64,000 nucleotides of DNA from Podarcis tiliguerta (lineage: Eukaryota): assembly GCA_965153285.1 (NCBI GenBank), contig OZ229115.1. The stretch is one strand, 5' to 3'. This document shows, piece after piece, positions 11,366 to 23,341 of this stretch (within the stretch, counting starts at the first letter, position 1; the number at the start of each line of letters is the position of its first letter). The notes under the pieces were generated by a model that was not told the origin of the DNA, made no database searches, and was given only the letters and a program-made list of their open reading frames with translations. A program made the position numbers and the translations under genes.

Positions 11366-14300
11366 TTGGCTTTTCCCATCAAACAGTAGAGAAAAGGTGT
11401 CTTTTAAAAGAAAAAAGAACATCTCAACAGTTCCTCATATGATACACATGATATACCTGCCCAGTGAACTGGGGGGAAGGAGGCTCCATATCAAACTTCC
11501 TTTGAAATACACATATTCAGTGAAGTGTTCCTTTTTACAGAAAAAAAAAGCTTGGCATCTGGGTTGCTGGTTTATTTGTAAGTTGGTTGTGATGTTAGTT
11601 TGGCAGGTTTTATTACCCTTGAAAGAGCAAATTATTGTTGCTATTTTGTTTACCTGTGTTATGATCCAGTGAGCATTTTCAATTAATATTTTAATTTGTG
11701 TTAAGCTGCATTAAAATAATGTTTCCAAGGGCTTAAATAATTAAGGAAATGTCATTTTTAAAGGCATGTCAGTTGACTGTCCTGTTACACTAACAGATGA
11801 CTTGAAATAAATAAATCATTAAAGATGACTGATACTTCACAGCAAAGCACATGTTTTGATGGGCAGGCCACGAGTTGATTCAATTAGGGTAGCAGCAAGC
11901 TGTGTTGGTCTTGACAACTTTGTGTAAAAATGCAGCCCTGTCATGTTGTGGAATTTGCCAAACTGAACTATCAGTTTATTTCAAAGGCTATTTGACATGG
12001 ACTCCCCCCTGCTCACAGGACAGGTACATCATTCTGAAGAGCTCTTGAGAGTGAGGTGGCTTTTTTATATTACAAAAATCCCATCCTCCAAACACTGGTG
12101 GTTATTTGTACAGCAGAACTGTATTGCTGGAAGAACACTGAACATTGAAAGTGGGCCTGTTCAGCTTCAGTCTAAACATCTGGGATGCAGTATAAAATGA
12201 ATTATGAACAGCGAAGCTGGTCCTGTTCAGCTTCAGCCTAACATGGCAATAAGGAACAGCTTTTACCTTTAAAAAAATGCTTTTTAAATGAAGGAGATTT
12301 GGGGGTTCTTTGAGGAAGGAATGCTCACAAAGATCAGAGTGAGCATTCGGGGGGGGGGTGAGGCTTGGGCGGGGAGTAGTTTGCTAATAGTTACAAGGTG
12401 ACCTGGGACTTCTTCTTCAGTTTTCTTCTTCCTTAAACATTTGTAAAGGTAAAGGTCACACCAGCAATACCACTCCATCCAGCACATTCCATAATTCTCT
12501 CAAGGGTTCCTGAAAACTGCAGCTTATCTGTCGCAGAGCCATAATTCCTTGCACCCTTAACAGACCACAGTTCCCAGAATTCTTTGGGCGAAGCAATGTG
12601 CTTTGACTGTAAGGTGTGTATGCAGGCTGGGTCAAATGATTTCCCCCACACTTCATTAATGTTCCTGAAGCCCTCTCCCAACTGTCATTGGGTGGAAAAT
12701 GTCCAATGGGGGAGGGTCCTTTGCACAGCCCAAGCTATTACTAGCTCTCTCTTTTTGCAGACGGGCTCTCCAGGTAGCACCTGAGTTTTCAATCTCGAAC
12801 CCTTCATCACATGTGAATTCTATCTGGTCATAGCCCAAAAGACCACTTATGCATATCACTGCAGACTGTGCAGCCTTTACAGCTGGTTCATATGATTGAG
12901 CTCAATCCTAAATAGCCGTTCTGATTCCTGCCAAGCCAGGATGCAAGAGAAAGGCTGAGTTGCGTTTTGCTAAAACTACAGACCAAGTTGACCTGTAAAC
13001 TTTAACAAAAATGTGCCTTCCCTATTCTTTCCTTTGCTGTCTAAAAGCTAGCCTGGCTAGTTACCAGGTAATGTCTACAGTTTAGGGAATGGCTCAAATC
13101 CTGACTGGTCAGGGATGAACTCAGTAGGTGTCCCAGTCTAAACATCCCCCTCCATTATTAATATGGAGGAAATATTTATCCATCTTTAAGGGTTGATATA
13201 AGGGTGGCCAAGATAAAGCACGTGAAGCATTATGAGCACTTAGGAAAAAGTGTAGTCTATATAATGATAAATTAGTTGTTCATTGTGAAATGAAAAGGGT
13301 GTGAACAAGACCACAGCTAAAATGGAAATTATTCTCATTTTAAAGTGATCACTTCAATATACAACCCCTACAACTTCAGCCAAAATTTCCTTAACTAGCC
13401 TTGCCATACTTAGGAAATAATTTGTTGTTTATATATGCCAGAGGGGAAGCTACCTGAAATCTGGATATCTAAGGTACATGACACACAGTTCTTGTTTTAC
13501 TTCTATCTGGAGAATTGATCACCCTATTAGGTTGCTCAGATGTTGCTCAAAAATAAATTCCAATGCAGACATGATACTCTGCCTGATTTCCAGCACCACT
13601 ATGACTATAAGCCAACAATTATAGTCTCTATAAAATGACTGCCAGGTCCTTGCTTTACAGATCCCAGGATAAAAATGCAACATCAGGCACATTTCTTAAT
13701 GAAAAATTCTGGAATTCATCTGGTGCTGTTTGCAGTTAAAATCTTTTTTTTCTTAAGTGGGCTTTATGAATAAAGGATAGTTTTGGGTTTTTTAAAAAAA
13801 CCCTTTAGCCGCTGTTTTTCCTAAGCAAGTTCTTCCAAATTCTTCTGCGATCCTTGCCTTTTATACTTGCCTGCATTGTTCCTTTGTTTAGAAATCAGCA
13901 GCCTTGCTTAGTGGCTTTATATCCTCTGTGGCTAATGCTCTTTCATTTGAAGGTGGAAATACAAATTTTTAATCAATTTCACTCATAGAAGAACGTAATT
14001 TAAAATGTAACCAATATTCTGACCATAACTTGAATGAAACCCTGCTCCCGAGTCGATAATAGGCTGAGCAAAAATCACACAAGAATTGCTCTCTACAAAG
14101 TGCAGTAGGAAGATAGCAAATATTACTATGATTCTTAATGTTTACTACAGCAAGAAACAAACAATGATAAGTTCCACAAAGTGGCACACTGAGGTGGTGA
14201 CATTATATCATTCATTTTCTTATTTGTATACATTACAATGTCAAACCATCCTGATCCAAAAGTGTTGCTCTTTTTAGACCCGCCTCCCAGCCTATTTTAT

Positions 14301-14462
14301 TTTATTTCTCAACTTTTCAATCAGAATTGTATTCCAACGCTTTACTTTTCAAATTCTTGTTGCTGTTTGAGAAAATATTTAATAAAGCTAAATAACGATC
14401 TGGTTCTATTTGTTGCTTAGTTATATTTAATAGGTTTCTTACTTCTTTTTCAGGATAAACAC

Positions 14463-14463
<1 letters not shown>

Positions 14464-14506
<43 letters not shown>
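14464..14506. repeat. (CT)n(CA)n compound microsatellite
   Basis: Read directly from the sequence. Confidence 0.95.
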
Positions 14507-14507
<1 letters not shown>

Positions 14508-15317
14508 TTGCTTATTGAGCTTTCCAGGACATATTTCTTTGGAGAACTCAGAATAGGCTTCAGATATTGTATTTCTCTCTGACAGTGCGGGGTAGACTGA
14601 CATTTGCTTATGTAGAAGTTCACAAGTCAAGCTATGACTCACTTTTTATAATATCCAAACTTTTCTGCTACTTGCAAATGGGAAAATAAAGTTTCTAGAT
14701 TTATTCTCCTAAGCTTCATTTTTTAGATCAGTCCCAGAAATGTGCCATATTGCTTCAAAATTATTTGTTTATTTGGCATATTTGTAGCCTCCCATACAAC
14801 ATGGTAGATTTCAGGGTGTGGTGCAATACTTGAATTACTCAAACTACAATTTGCATAAAATCAGCTTTCAACCCTCACCCCCACTCCGATTAAACAACTG
14901 GCACTCTAGGTTATGACAAATAAAAGCAGCAAAGATAAAAAGCTGAAACTACAAAGCTAATAAACAGCAGAGCTAGCATTCACTATTCCAGGAAAGATAT
15001 GCTGTTAAGTCTGCCACAGGAGGAAAGAAAAAAGAACACCAAAAACATTTGTGGCTCCTAAAAGATTTGGATGAAAATATTATGGCATAAGCTTCCATGG
15101 GCTGTGCTTTGTTTATCTGATGTTTTTAATATTATTTTCAGAAGGGTGTTATGTCTGCAGTGGTTAGCTGTTCCTCTGAAATTAGAAAAGAGGAACTAAT
15201 TAGAGATTCCAGCAACAGTATATTGTGCTCTGCTCCTTCTTATAGACACAGATGGAGCCCTTTTGGTCCCATGTGCCCCTCTGCTGAGGTAGCTGCAATG
15301 CATCCTCTAGTCTAGCC

Positions 15318-15506
15318 CATGGGTAGGCAAACCAGCGTGTTTTAACATGAGTAGAATGTGTCCTTTTATTTAAAATGCATCTCTGGGTTATATGTGGGGC
15401 ATAGGAATTCGTTCATTTATTTATTTTTTCAAAATATAGTCCGGCCCCCCACAAGGTCTGAGGGACAGTAGACCGGCCCCCTGCTGAAAAACTTTGCTGA
15501 CCCCTG
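15318..15506 (+). mobile_element. hAT (Charlie-type) MITE, internally deleted copy
   Basis: Termini catgggtaggcaaac / tttgctgacccctg; TSD gtctagcc / ctctagcc; same family as 39695-39946. Confidence 0.9.
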
Positions 15507-15632
15507 CTCTAGCCACCCCAATCAGTGTTACCAGAAGCAGCAGAGGACAAACCAGTCATTTCCCTGCTTCTGACAAGCTACCACTGTGACATAAGTATGG
15601 AACCTGGGAGTCTAGTTTGGAGATTTAAGTTA

Positions 15633-15865
15633 CCAGTGTGGTGTAGTGGTTAAGAGCGGTAGTCACGTAATCTGGGGAACCGGGTTCGCGTCTCCGCTCC
15701 TCCACATGCAGCTGCTGGGTGACCTTGGGCCAGTCACAGTCTCTCAGCCCCACTCACCTCACAGAGTGTTTGTTGTGGGGGAGGAAGGGAAAGGAGAATG
15801 TTAGCCGCTTTGAGACTCCTGAAGGGGAGTGAAAGGCGGGATATCAAATCCAAACTCCTCCTCCT
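15633..15865 (+). mobile_element. tRNA-derived CORE/MIR-like squamate SINE
   Basis: A box (tggtgtagtgg), B box (gggttcgcgtc), CORE-like gctgggtgaccttgggccagtcac, L2-like tail gccgctttgag...aaggcgggatatcaaatcc and a (CCT)n end. Retained CpGs suggest a young copy. Confidence 0.85.
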
Positions 15866-16058
15866 ACCCTACAACTACTCTTTTGTTTTGATTAGGCTTT
15901 CTGTGCATTCTTGTGCGGGGGGCTAGTGATTATAGCAGGTGTGGAATGGGGGAGGGGTTATCTCCTACATATTAACGTGGAGGACACTGATACATCTTTG
16001 CGCATGTGACATCACACACTCAGCTTCATCTGTATGCTCGCAATGAAAGTGGAAAGTG

Positions 16059-16931
16059 GACCCATTTGATCAAATGGGTCCAAGACTTTGGCCACAACAT
16101 AGAGATGTGTCAATGGGAAAATCTAAGGAAAGTGAATTGGAGATTAACAGCATGTTATACTTTAAGGGAGAACTTTCAAAAGATGTTTACCATTGGTATC
16201 TGACCCCTAGGAAGCTTGCTAAAATGTTTAAAGACATCCCAAATACATGCTGGAGATGTGGAGAACTAGGGACCAGAATGTTCCATACGCGGTGGGTATG
16301 CAAAAAGATCAAACCCTATTGGAACGACAGCTATCTTGAGCTTTAAAAAATGCTAAATATAACCCTTCTCAAAAAACCCGAGTCATTATTACTCAGTATA
16401 ATAGGCTCAGACATCCCTAGAAATGTAAGAAAAATCTTATTATATGCTACGGTTGCGGCGAGGATACTTGTAGCAAAACATTGAAAGAGCGATAAAATTC
16501 CAACTAGAACTGAATGGATAGTGAACTTAGTAGAATACGCTGAGCTAGCTAACCTCTCTGAAAAGTTTAAAGATAAGTCTAAACAAGAGTTTATTTCAAA
16601 CTGGGAACATTTTAAGAAATATTTTAAAAAGAATAGTTGCCAAGACTTGAACACAGTTGTAGCCTTTGAGTAACATTTGTAAATAACTATGTTAAAGGAA
16701 ATTGCAGAGGAACTTTAATACTTTATTATTAAATAGGTAACAAGTTTATTAAAATGTAAGAAATATGGAAAGGACAGGAAGTCACTGGTTGATGGAGAAA
16801 ATTTATTGTTAAAGAGTTTGTATTTTTCTTTGGGTTTTTTGACAACCTTGATTCATGGATAACAATGAATGTAAGTTTATGTTGTACAGATGTGATTATG
16901 AATAATAAAGCATAAAAAAGAAAGAAGAAAA
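16059..16931 (+). mobile_element. L1-clade LINE, 5'-truncated (ORF2 C-terminus, 3' UTR, A-rich tail)
   Basis: Frameshifted ORF2 end ...LRENFQKM/YHWYLTPRKLAKMF...CWRCGELGTRMFHTRWVCKKIKPYW (CCHC knuckle), AATAAA and an A-rich tail. 14-bp TSD gaaagtggaaagtg (16045-16058) / gaaaatggaaagtg (16932-16945). Confidence 0.92.
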
Positions 16932-17142
16932 GAAAATGGAAAGTGCATCCTGCTTCTGCAACACAGACAGAGCAGCAGAGTAATTTAAAGTTTTTGAATA
17001 ATCAGACTATATGATTGGGAGTATGTGCATCTGAACTGTTGCTGGGATTCAGTAGTTTTGCTGGTTGCTGATTAAGTTTCCTCCTGAATCTTAGCATGTG
17101 GAATTTGCAAAGAAAATGAAGCTGCATTCCATTCCTAGGACC

Positions 17143-17229
17143 TTTCTTCTTCTTCTTCTTCTTCTTCTTCTTCTTCTTCTTCTTCTTCTTCTTCTTCCTC
17201 CTCCTCCTCCTCCTCTTCCTCTTCCTCTT
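17143..17229. repeat. (CTT)n-(CCT)n microsatellite
   Basis: Read directly from the sequence. Confidence 0.95.
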
Positions 17230-17249
17230 GCAACACGTTCTAAAGATGG

Positions 17250-17755
17250 TGTTATAGAAACACTAGGAACAAGTGAAAACTAGGATTTTGATTGGGATAT
17301 GGATTTTTTAAAAAACAAAAATATAAACAGCAGGGCCTTGCCAGACAGAGAATTCCTGGGCAAACCAGTCTGGCTGGCTGAGGGAAGAGCAGGGCTGTTA
17401 GCATGACAACTCCTTGCCCCAGGTGTGACCATAGACTGGAGATTTGGAAGGTTGTCAAGGTAACTACTCTGGGGGAGGGGCTTCTGGGAAGGAGGAGGAG
17501 GAAGAAGAAGGGGATGATCCATCTTGGTGAGGAAGAAGGAAAGACTGCCTGCAATGCTCTGGGCCATGCTGTAAGATCTGGATCTGCTCTATGAAGGGGT
17601 AAATAGGTGAATAAACCCTATTTCTTAAAGCACGACAGTCTCCGCCATGTTTTCTTTTCTCCAAAGGAACACAGACCCTGTGTGAGTGCCTGAGATCCTA
17701 TGCGCTCTTGCCACAGCTTAGCAGAGAGAGGGACAGACGTCGGGCTTCTGTAACA
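17250..17755 (+). mobile_element. Probable solo LTR
   Basis: Termini TGTTATAGAA / TTCTGTAACA form an inverted repeat (TG...CA). The element is ~506 bp with an internal AATAAA near 17610. The TSD is not convincing. Confidence 0.6.
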
Positions 17756-18844
17756 ATATTGTTGTTTCTGTGGTCCAGTAGACGAAATATCTGACTCGGA
17801 CCTCACCTGAACACATGTAGGCTGGGAAAGCAGTTGCCCTGTACTTCCTGCCATTCTGCAAAACTTTGCTTTCAGCTCACATATGGATTGCAACAGTAGT
17901 TCCCTTTCAGTAAAAGAAAGTTTACTATTCTGATAATGGATTAAATAAAAATTGCCGAGCGTTGTGTATATGAAGAGCTACGACATAAATAGTGAATAAT
18001 GACAATAATAATATTTAAGAAAGCCTCTTTCTTTACATTGGTTTGATTATTGGGTGACGTATCCTTGAAGCAGCAGATGTTTAGATGAACAGATTTGTAG
18101 CTGTAGTCACTCGTCATTCTGCTGCACAGTGCTTAGAATAAAATACTAATTATAGCCTTAGTGCATGCAATCTGTTTTGTACTAAAAATATTCTGTCTCG
18201 CATTCTTTCCTCCACAGGTGCTACTTAGCGTGAAAATAAATGGGAGTCGCATTTTAATATATATGTGCTTTTTATCATTACCATTGCCTCCTTTCGAGAA
18301 TAGTAGAGAGAGATTTCAGGAAACTATAGCTATTAAGAAAAGGGGTGGGCTGGTTTTTGAGTAATTACTAATGCAATTAGCTGACAAAGAAGTGTTTTGT
18401 ACTTTTATAATCATAACGGGAAGGGGTGGTTACAGTAGCAAATGGACTAGAGTCTCAAATAGTTAGCAACCAGTAATTTGAAATATCTGTGACTGCACTG
18501 CTTGTGGAATGAGAAATAAAAGTTACAAGTTTAGAGAAGCAAAACTTTTGCTTTAAATATTGCTTTTCTTATGGGTATCATACTGTTATAGCTGCTTGCA
18601 GACTATTCCTTTCTTAGGTCACAGATGGGGAACCTATATGCCTCCATTAATTGCTATCCTCCCATCAGCCCCAGACAGCTTGGGCAATGGTAAAGGACAA
18701 CGGGAGTTGTCGTCCAAAATGGGCCACAGGTTCTCAATCCCTGTCTTGGACTCAGCAGTGGATGGTGCCCATTGGGACTGGTAGGGCAGAAGGCAAAGAG
18801 GCCAACAGGAGGTGGAACCAGAGCCAATAGCAGACAGAGTCAAT

Positions 18845-18939
18845 CATGGGCTTAGCCAAGGGGAGGCAATAAAAATACATAGGTAACTGAGGTTCTGCCC
18901 CTCCTAGGAAAAGGCCTCCACCCCCTGGCTATGCCCATG
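18845..18939. mobile_element. Short hAT MITE nested in an older DNA element (~18755-19146)
   Basis: TIRs catgggcttagcca / tggctatgcccatg; perfect TSD gagtcaat. Confidence 0.9.
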
Positions 18940-19307
18940 GAGTCAATTAATTCTCCTTTTGCCGCCATTCTTCTCCAGGCTGAGATCCACAAGGGCAAAA
19001 TGGGAACTAAGGAAGAGGAAGCTGACAGCCAGTGTCAGCCCCTTGGTTGCTGATAAGCAAGGAGGCAGGCAGCTAGGGGCTGGCTGAGAGCAGACTAGGG
19101 TTGCTAGGGCAGTGTACCATTTGTCCTAATCGAAAAGTCTCCACTGCTTGGGTGAAAAGTGCAGAATGATTGGCTGATGGGATTTATTGGTTTCGAACTG
19201 GGGAGGGCAGGATTGCTTGGTGCATTTGAATGAGTTTAGAGTTTAGCAGAGGTGACATCCCTCCAGCTTGGGACTACGGTAAGCTTAGGGGTAGGTGAGT
19301 GTGAAAG

Positions 19308-19468
19308 NNNNNNNNNNNNNNNNNNNNNNNNNNNNNNNNNNNNNNNNNNNNNNNNNNNNNNNNNNNNNNNNNNNNNNNNNNNNNNNNNNNNNNNNNNNNN
19401 NNNNNNNNNNNNNNNNNNNNNNNNNNNNNNNNNNNNNNNNNNNNNNNNNNNNNNNNNNNNNNNNNNNN
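19308..19468. other. Assembly gap (161 N)
   Basis: Run of N. Confidence 1.
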
Positions 19469-20313
19469 AAGTCCCCACACCAGCTGCCTGGGTTTGTAGC
19501 TGGTTCTCAGACATGCACACACATGTACATGAACACTTGTCTCCTGCTGTGATGCCATGATGCTAAAAAAAATTTGGTGTGGCCACCTAAGACCCCTTCA
19601 AACCTTTTCCATTTAAATAAAAAACAAGTAGGGTTGTTAGGGTTGTTATTGGAGCCATACATTCCTAGCTCCAATAAAAGTTAGAATTGATCAAGGTTTG
19701 GAGGAGTTAAACTGCAAAACACTGGAACCCCCCCCCCCCCAAGCTTCTGTTAACATGCCAAGCCAGCCTGGTGATAGCTTGCTGAATGTGGGTCATTAGG
19801 GGGACAAAGACTAGTAATGACCTATGGAAAGCTATCAGGAGGGTGGAGACTGCGCAAGACAAGGAGGGGTGGGGACCTCCCTCCAGCTGTTTGTTAGTTT
19901 GCAGAGACAAAAGGATGTAGGAAGGAAGGGAAGAGTTTCACAGGGCTAGGGGGGACAAGGAAGAGGAAGGGAGCTGAAGAGCACTGTGTAGGCTGACCGT
20001 GACAGGCTGTAACAAATAGACAGAGAGCATGGCTGATGATGCATTTTTTTCTCATTAATTAATGGAGAATGGTTTTTTTAAAAATGGGAAACTTTTGGCA
20101 CAGCACTAGTCAAATTATTCACTTAAGAGTGATTATAGTTGATATTATCCCAGTCTGTCTTTGATAATTGAGCTTAGGAAGAAGAAAAAAAGAAATGTGC
20201 AGACAATCTATGTTCGTTCAGACACGGCTTAATGACCTTCAGTTCAATATTTGAGCATCAGTATATTTATTAAGAAGCTAAAATTGCAGGACCCAAGGGT
20301 TTAATCATTAACA

Positions 20314-20380
20314 AGAAACTGGATCCGCTGACTGTATCTTCGTCCTCCGTGATTGCTACAGTCAGTGGATCTTGGTTTCT
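20314..20380 (+). ncRNA. Candidate pre-miRNA-like hairpin (unverified)
   Basis: agaaactggatccgctgactgta pairs with tacagtcagtggatcttggtttct, giving a ~23-bp stem with G-U pairs, one bulge and a 20-nt loop. Confidence 0.35.
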
Positions 20381-20578
20381 ACCTTGTAGATGCCAGCATG
20401 CAGTTCTGGCAGCATGCCAGCAAGTTCATTCCAGGTAAATGGAGCATCACTTAAGATGTGTCCTAGTCTATGTACCAAATGCCTTAAAACAATTATTCTG
20501 GTGGTGCAGGTAAACACGAGTTATAAAGACCAATACAAAATTTGTTTATAATACCTTCAGCATACTGCCCAGTGTATA

Positions 20579-20925
20579 GGTAAAGGGACCCCTGACTGTT
20601 AGGTCCAGTCGCGGATGACTCTGGGGTCGAAGCACTCATCTCGCTTTACTGGCCGAGGGAGCCGGCGTACAGCTTTCGGGTAATGTGGCCAGCATGATGA
20701 AGCTGCTTCTGGCAAACCAGAGCAGCACACAGAAACACCGTTTACTTTCCCGCCGGAGTGGTACCTATTTATCTACTTGCACTTGATGTGCTTTTGAACT
20801 GCTAGGTGGGCAGGAGCAGGGACTGAGCAACAGGGGCTCACCCCGTTGCGGGGATTCGAACCACTGACCTTCTGATCGGCAAGCCCTAGGCTCTGTGGTT
20901 TAACCAACAGCGCCACCCGCGTCCC
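20579..20925 (-). mobile_element. Sauria SINE, full length
   Basis: The reverse complement runs from gggacgcgggtggcgctg to ggggtccctttacct; TSD tgcccagtgtata (20566-20578 / 20929-20941). Confidence 0.95.
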
Positions 20926-21069
20926 TCTTGCCCAGTGTATACCAAAGGTTTAAAAGGCACTGGCCCCTATTCTATTCAAGAGTGTTAGTTCTCTAAACCT
21001 CATCTGTTAACTGAGAATGTAAACCTGCCTCATGGAGGAGAGAGCTATCAGTGGCAGCTAGACATGGTG

Positions 21070-21400
21070 GAAATGTTCTGCCTCAACAGTTGCAAGCAGC
21101 AGTGCTTCTGAGCCATGGGCATAGCCAAGGGGGGCGGGCAGGGAGGGGCAGCCCCCCCCAATCAATAAAACACATAGCAAACTGCGGTCCACTCCCCTAA
21201 CTAAAGGCCTGCCCCCCAACAAAGATCCTGGCTACGCCCATGTTCTGAACAGCGGTTGTTGGAGACCACAGGAGCAGAGAGTGCTCTAGTGCTCAGGTCC
21301 TACTTGCTAGTTTTCCACAGGCATCTGTTTGGCCACTGTGAGAACAGGATGCTGGACTCGATGGGCCACTATCTTGATCCACCAGACTCTTCTTATGCTC
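21070..21400 (+). mobile_element. CR1-type 3' UTR fragment (same family at ~61330-61605 +, ~36090-36490 -, ~51175-51540 -)
   Basis: The motif ggcatctg...ggccactgtgagaacaggatgctggact...ttcttatg recurs at several positions, and at 61330 it adjoins CR1-like sequence (gggttagacaaacccatg). Confidence 0.65.
21114..21242. mobile_element. hAT MITE (same family as 18845-18939)
   Basis: TIRs catgggcatagcca / tggctacgcccatg; TSD ttctgagc / ttctgaac. Confidence 0.9.
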
Positions 21401-23174
21401 TAATTCCTGGCATACACACATACGTTTTGTCTATGAAACAGGATGGCACTTTTGGCCGCCGTCTTTAGGGTGGCCTAATCAAAAGAGAACAGGACTTGTG
21501 CGCCATGTGTCTCCCATCAAGCTGCATCTACTGAAATCTTCTCTTCTGCACAACCAACATGTGGGGCCTTGGTCCTCTTTTGCATTTTCTGGTTATTATC
21601 CATGACAAAGGGCTTCGCAAAATGCAGAAAGAAAATATTTCACACAGCTGAAACCAGCAGCAATGGGCTTTGCATATACACATATTTCATAGCTTGTTTC
21701 AGTTGCCTGAAATATTTTCAGCATTTTGCTGAAATGTTGAAGCAGGAAGACAAACTTTAAGTAGTGCTTGAAATAATAAGGCAGTGGTTTAAATTTTTGG
21801 TAGTTTTAAGGGAAGAACAAATTCTAGTACAGTATGCTTATCAGTTGGAAACGACAAGACTTGCTAAGAGCCTGAACATAATAAAAGAGAAGAATCAAGA
21901 AGGACTTCAAGACTTAAGGAGAAGAACAAACAACCACATTCTCAGAAATGAGATATGATGTTGAAAGGGGCTGAGGCTAAAGCTGTGTTTAAGCAGAGTC
22001 ATCTTTGAGAAAACATAAAGCACCCTTAAATATAAACAAAAGTGGTCTCTAGATGTGGTGTAACAGGATAGGTGCTGTTGTCAAAAATATGGGGTAATAT
22101 TTTTCTTTTTAGGGAATGGGATGTATTTGTTTCCAAAAGTTTGCACTTTTCTTTCTTTCTTTCTTTCCTCCCTCCCTCCCTTCCTTTGCTTCCTTTTGGA
22201 ACCATAACTGGACTTCATTTATTTGCCATTTATCTTCAGGATCTTTTGGGAAGTTTGCGAATGATCAGTGCATCCAGCCCTTTGCTTTGCAGGAAGCAAA
22301 TGGGTGGGGGCAGTTTAAGTCTGAATGATAACACCAGTAATCTGGACTATCCTAAACTTGTTAACCTTCCAGGTATGCTGCAATTCTGGAATTTCTTTGT
22401 TTTGTTTGGTTTTGTTTTAGGAGGAAACACAGTTACCAAATAGAATCATTCACAGTGAATGTGAATTCTCCAGTTCTCTATGGAAGGGACAAAATGTTCT
22501 AACTGATAACAAAACCCCCCAAAAAAACTTGTTGTGGACATAGGAGAAGAAATCAAGTTCAAGTTTGTCCAGCAGGGAGCCTCCAGCTGGAGAGTTGTTA
22601 CCATTCTCAGTACACATATGATGGCCAGAACTACAGCTCTTCATTCTAGCCAGGACCATGTGACTTTGAGGTATCAATAGGTGGGAATCATAACAGGAGT
22701 CATAGCTAAGTGTTTTGTCTGCAATCATACCATAGGAAGTATACAAATCACATTTAAGTCCAAGGCTATGGGGGAAATACTGAATAGGCAAAAGTTTCAA
22801 TGTATGCTAACCGGATGTCCAGCTAAGGATGTGTACACACCATATACTTGAAGCACATTATTCCCCCAATGGATTCTGGGATCTGTAGTTTACCCCTCGC
22901 AGAGCTACAATTCCCAACACCCTTAACAAGCTCCAGGTGCCGGAGCTTGTTCGGTCAGTCCCCATCCAAGAATGCCCAGTCCAGATGTCACACAAGGTTT
23001 TCTTAACATACAGTGAGTTGGGGTGGCCCAATACATGTTGCTGCTTGAGACACAGCAGCAAATGGCACCCCTGCCCCTCCTCCCAAGTCAAGGTGCATTG
23101 TACTCAGGTTACTTAGGCACCTGAGATAGAAAATCCCCATTCCTCCTCCTGAGTAGTAAAAATACACTAATACC

Positions 23175-23341
23175 CAGTGGCGTAGCGTGGGTTGTCAGCA
23201 CCCGGGGCAAGGCAAGTAATTTGCGCCCCCTATCCCATGGATTTTAGCAGGGGGCAGAGAGCTGCGAGTGTGAGCGCCCCCCCCCCCGATGTTGTGCCCA
23301 GTGCGGCCGGCCCCCCCTGCACCCCCCACGCTACGCCACTG
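23175..23341. mobile_element. Young hAT MITE
   Basis: Perfect 17-bp TIR cagtggcgtagcgtggg / cccacgctacgccactg; perfect TSD ctaatacc; CpG-rich. Confidence 0.93.

Noticed and set aside
17098-17283. Poly-Leu/Pro ORF resembling a signal peptide
   Set aside because: It is the translation of the (CTT)n(CCT)n microsatellite.
19236-19560. ORFs spanning X runs
   Set aside because: Artefacts of the N gap.
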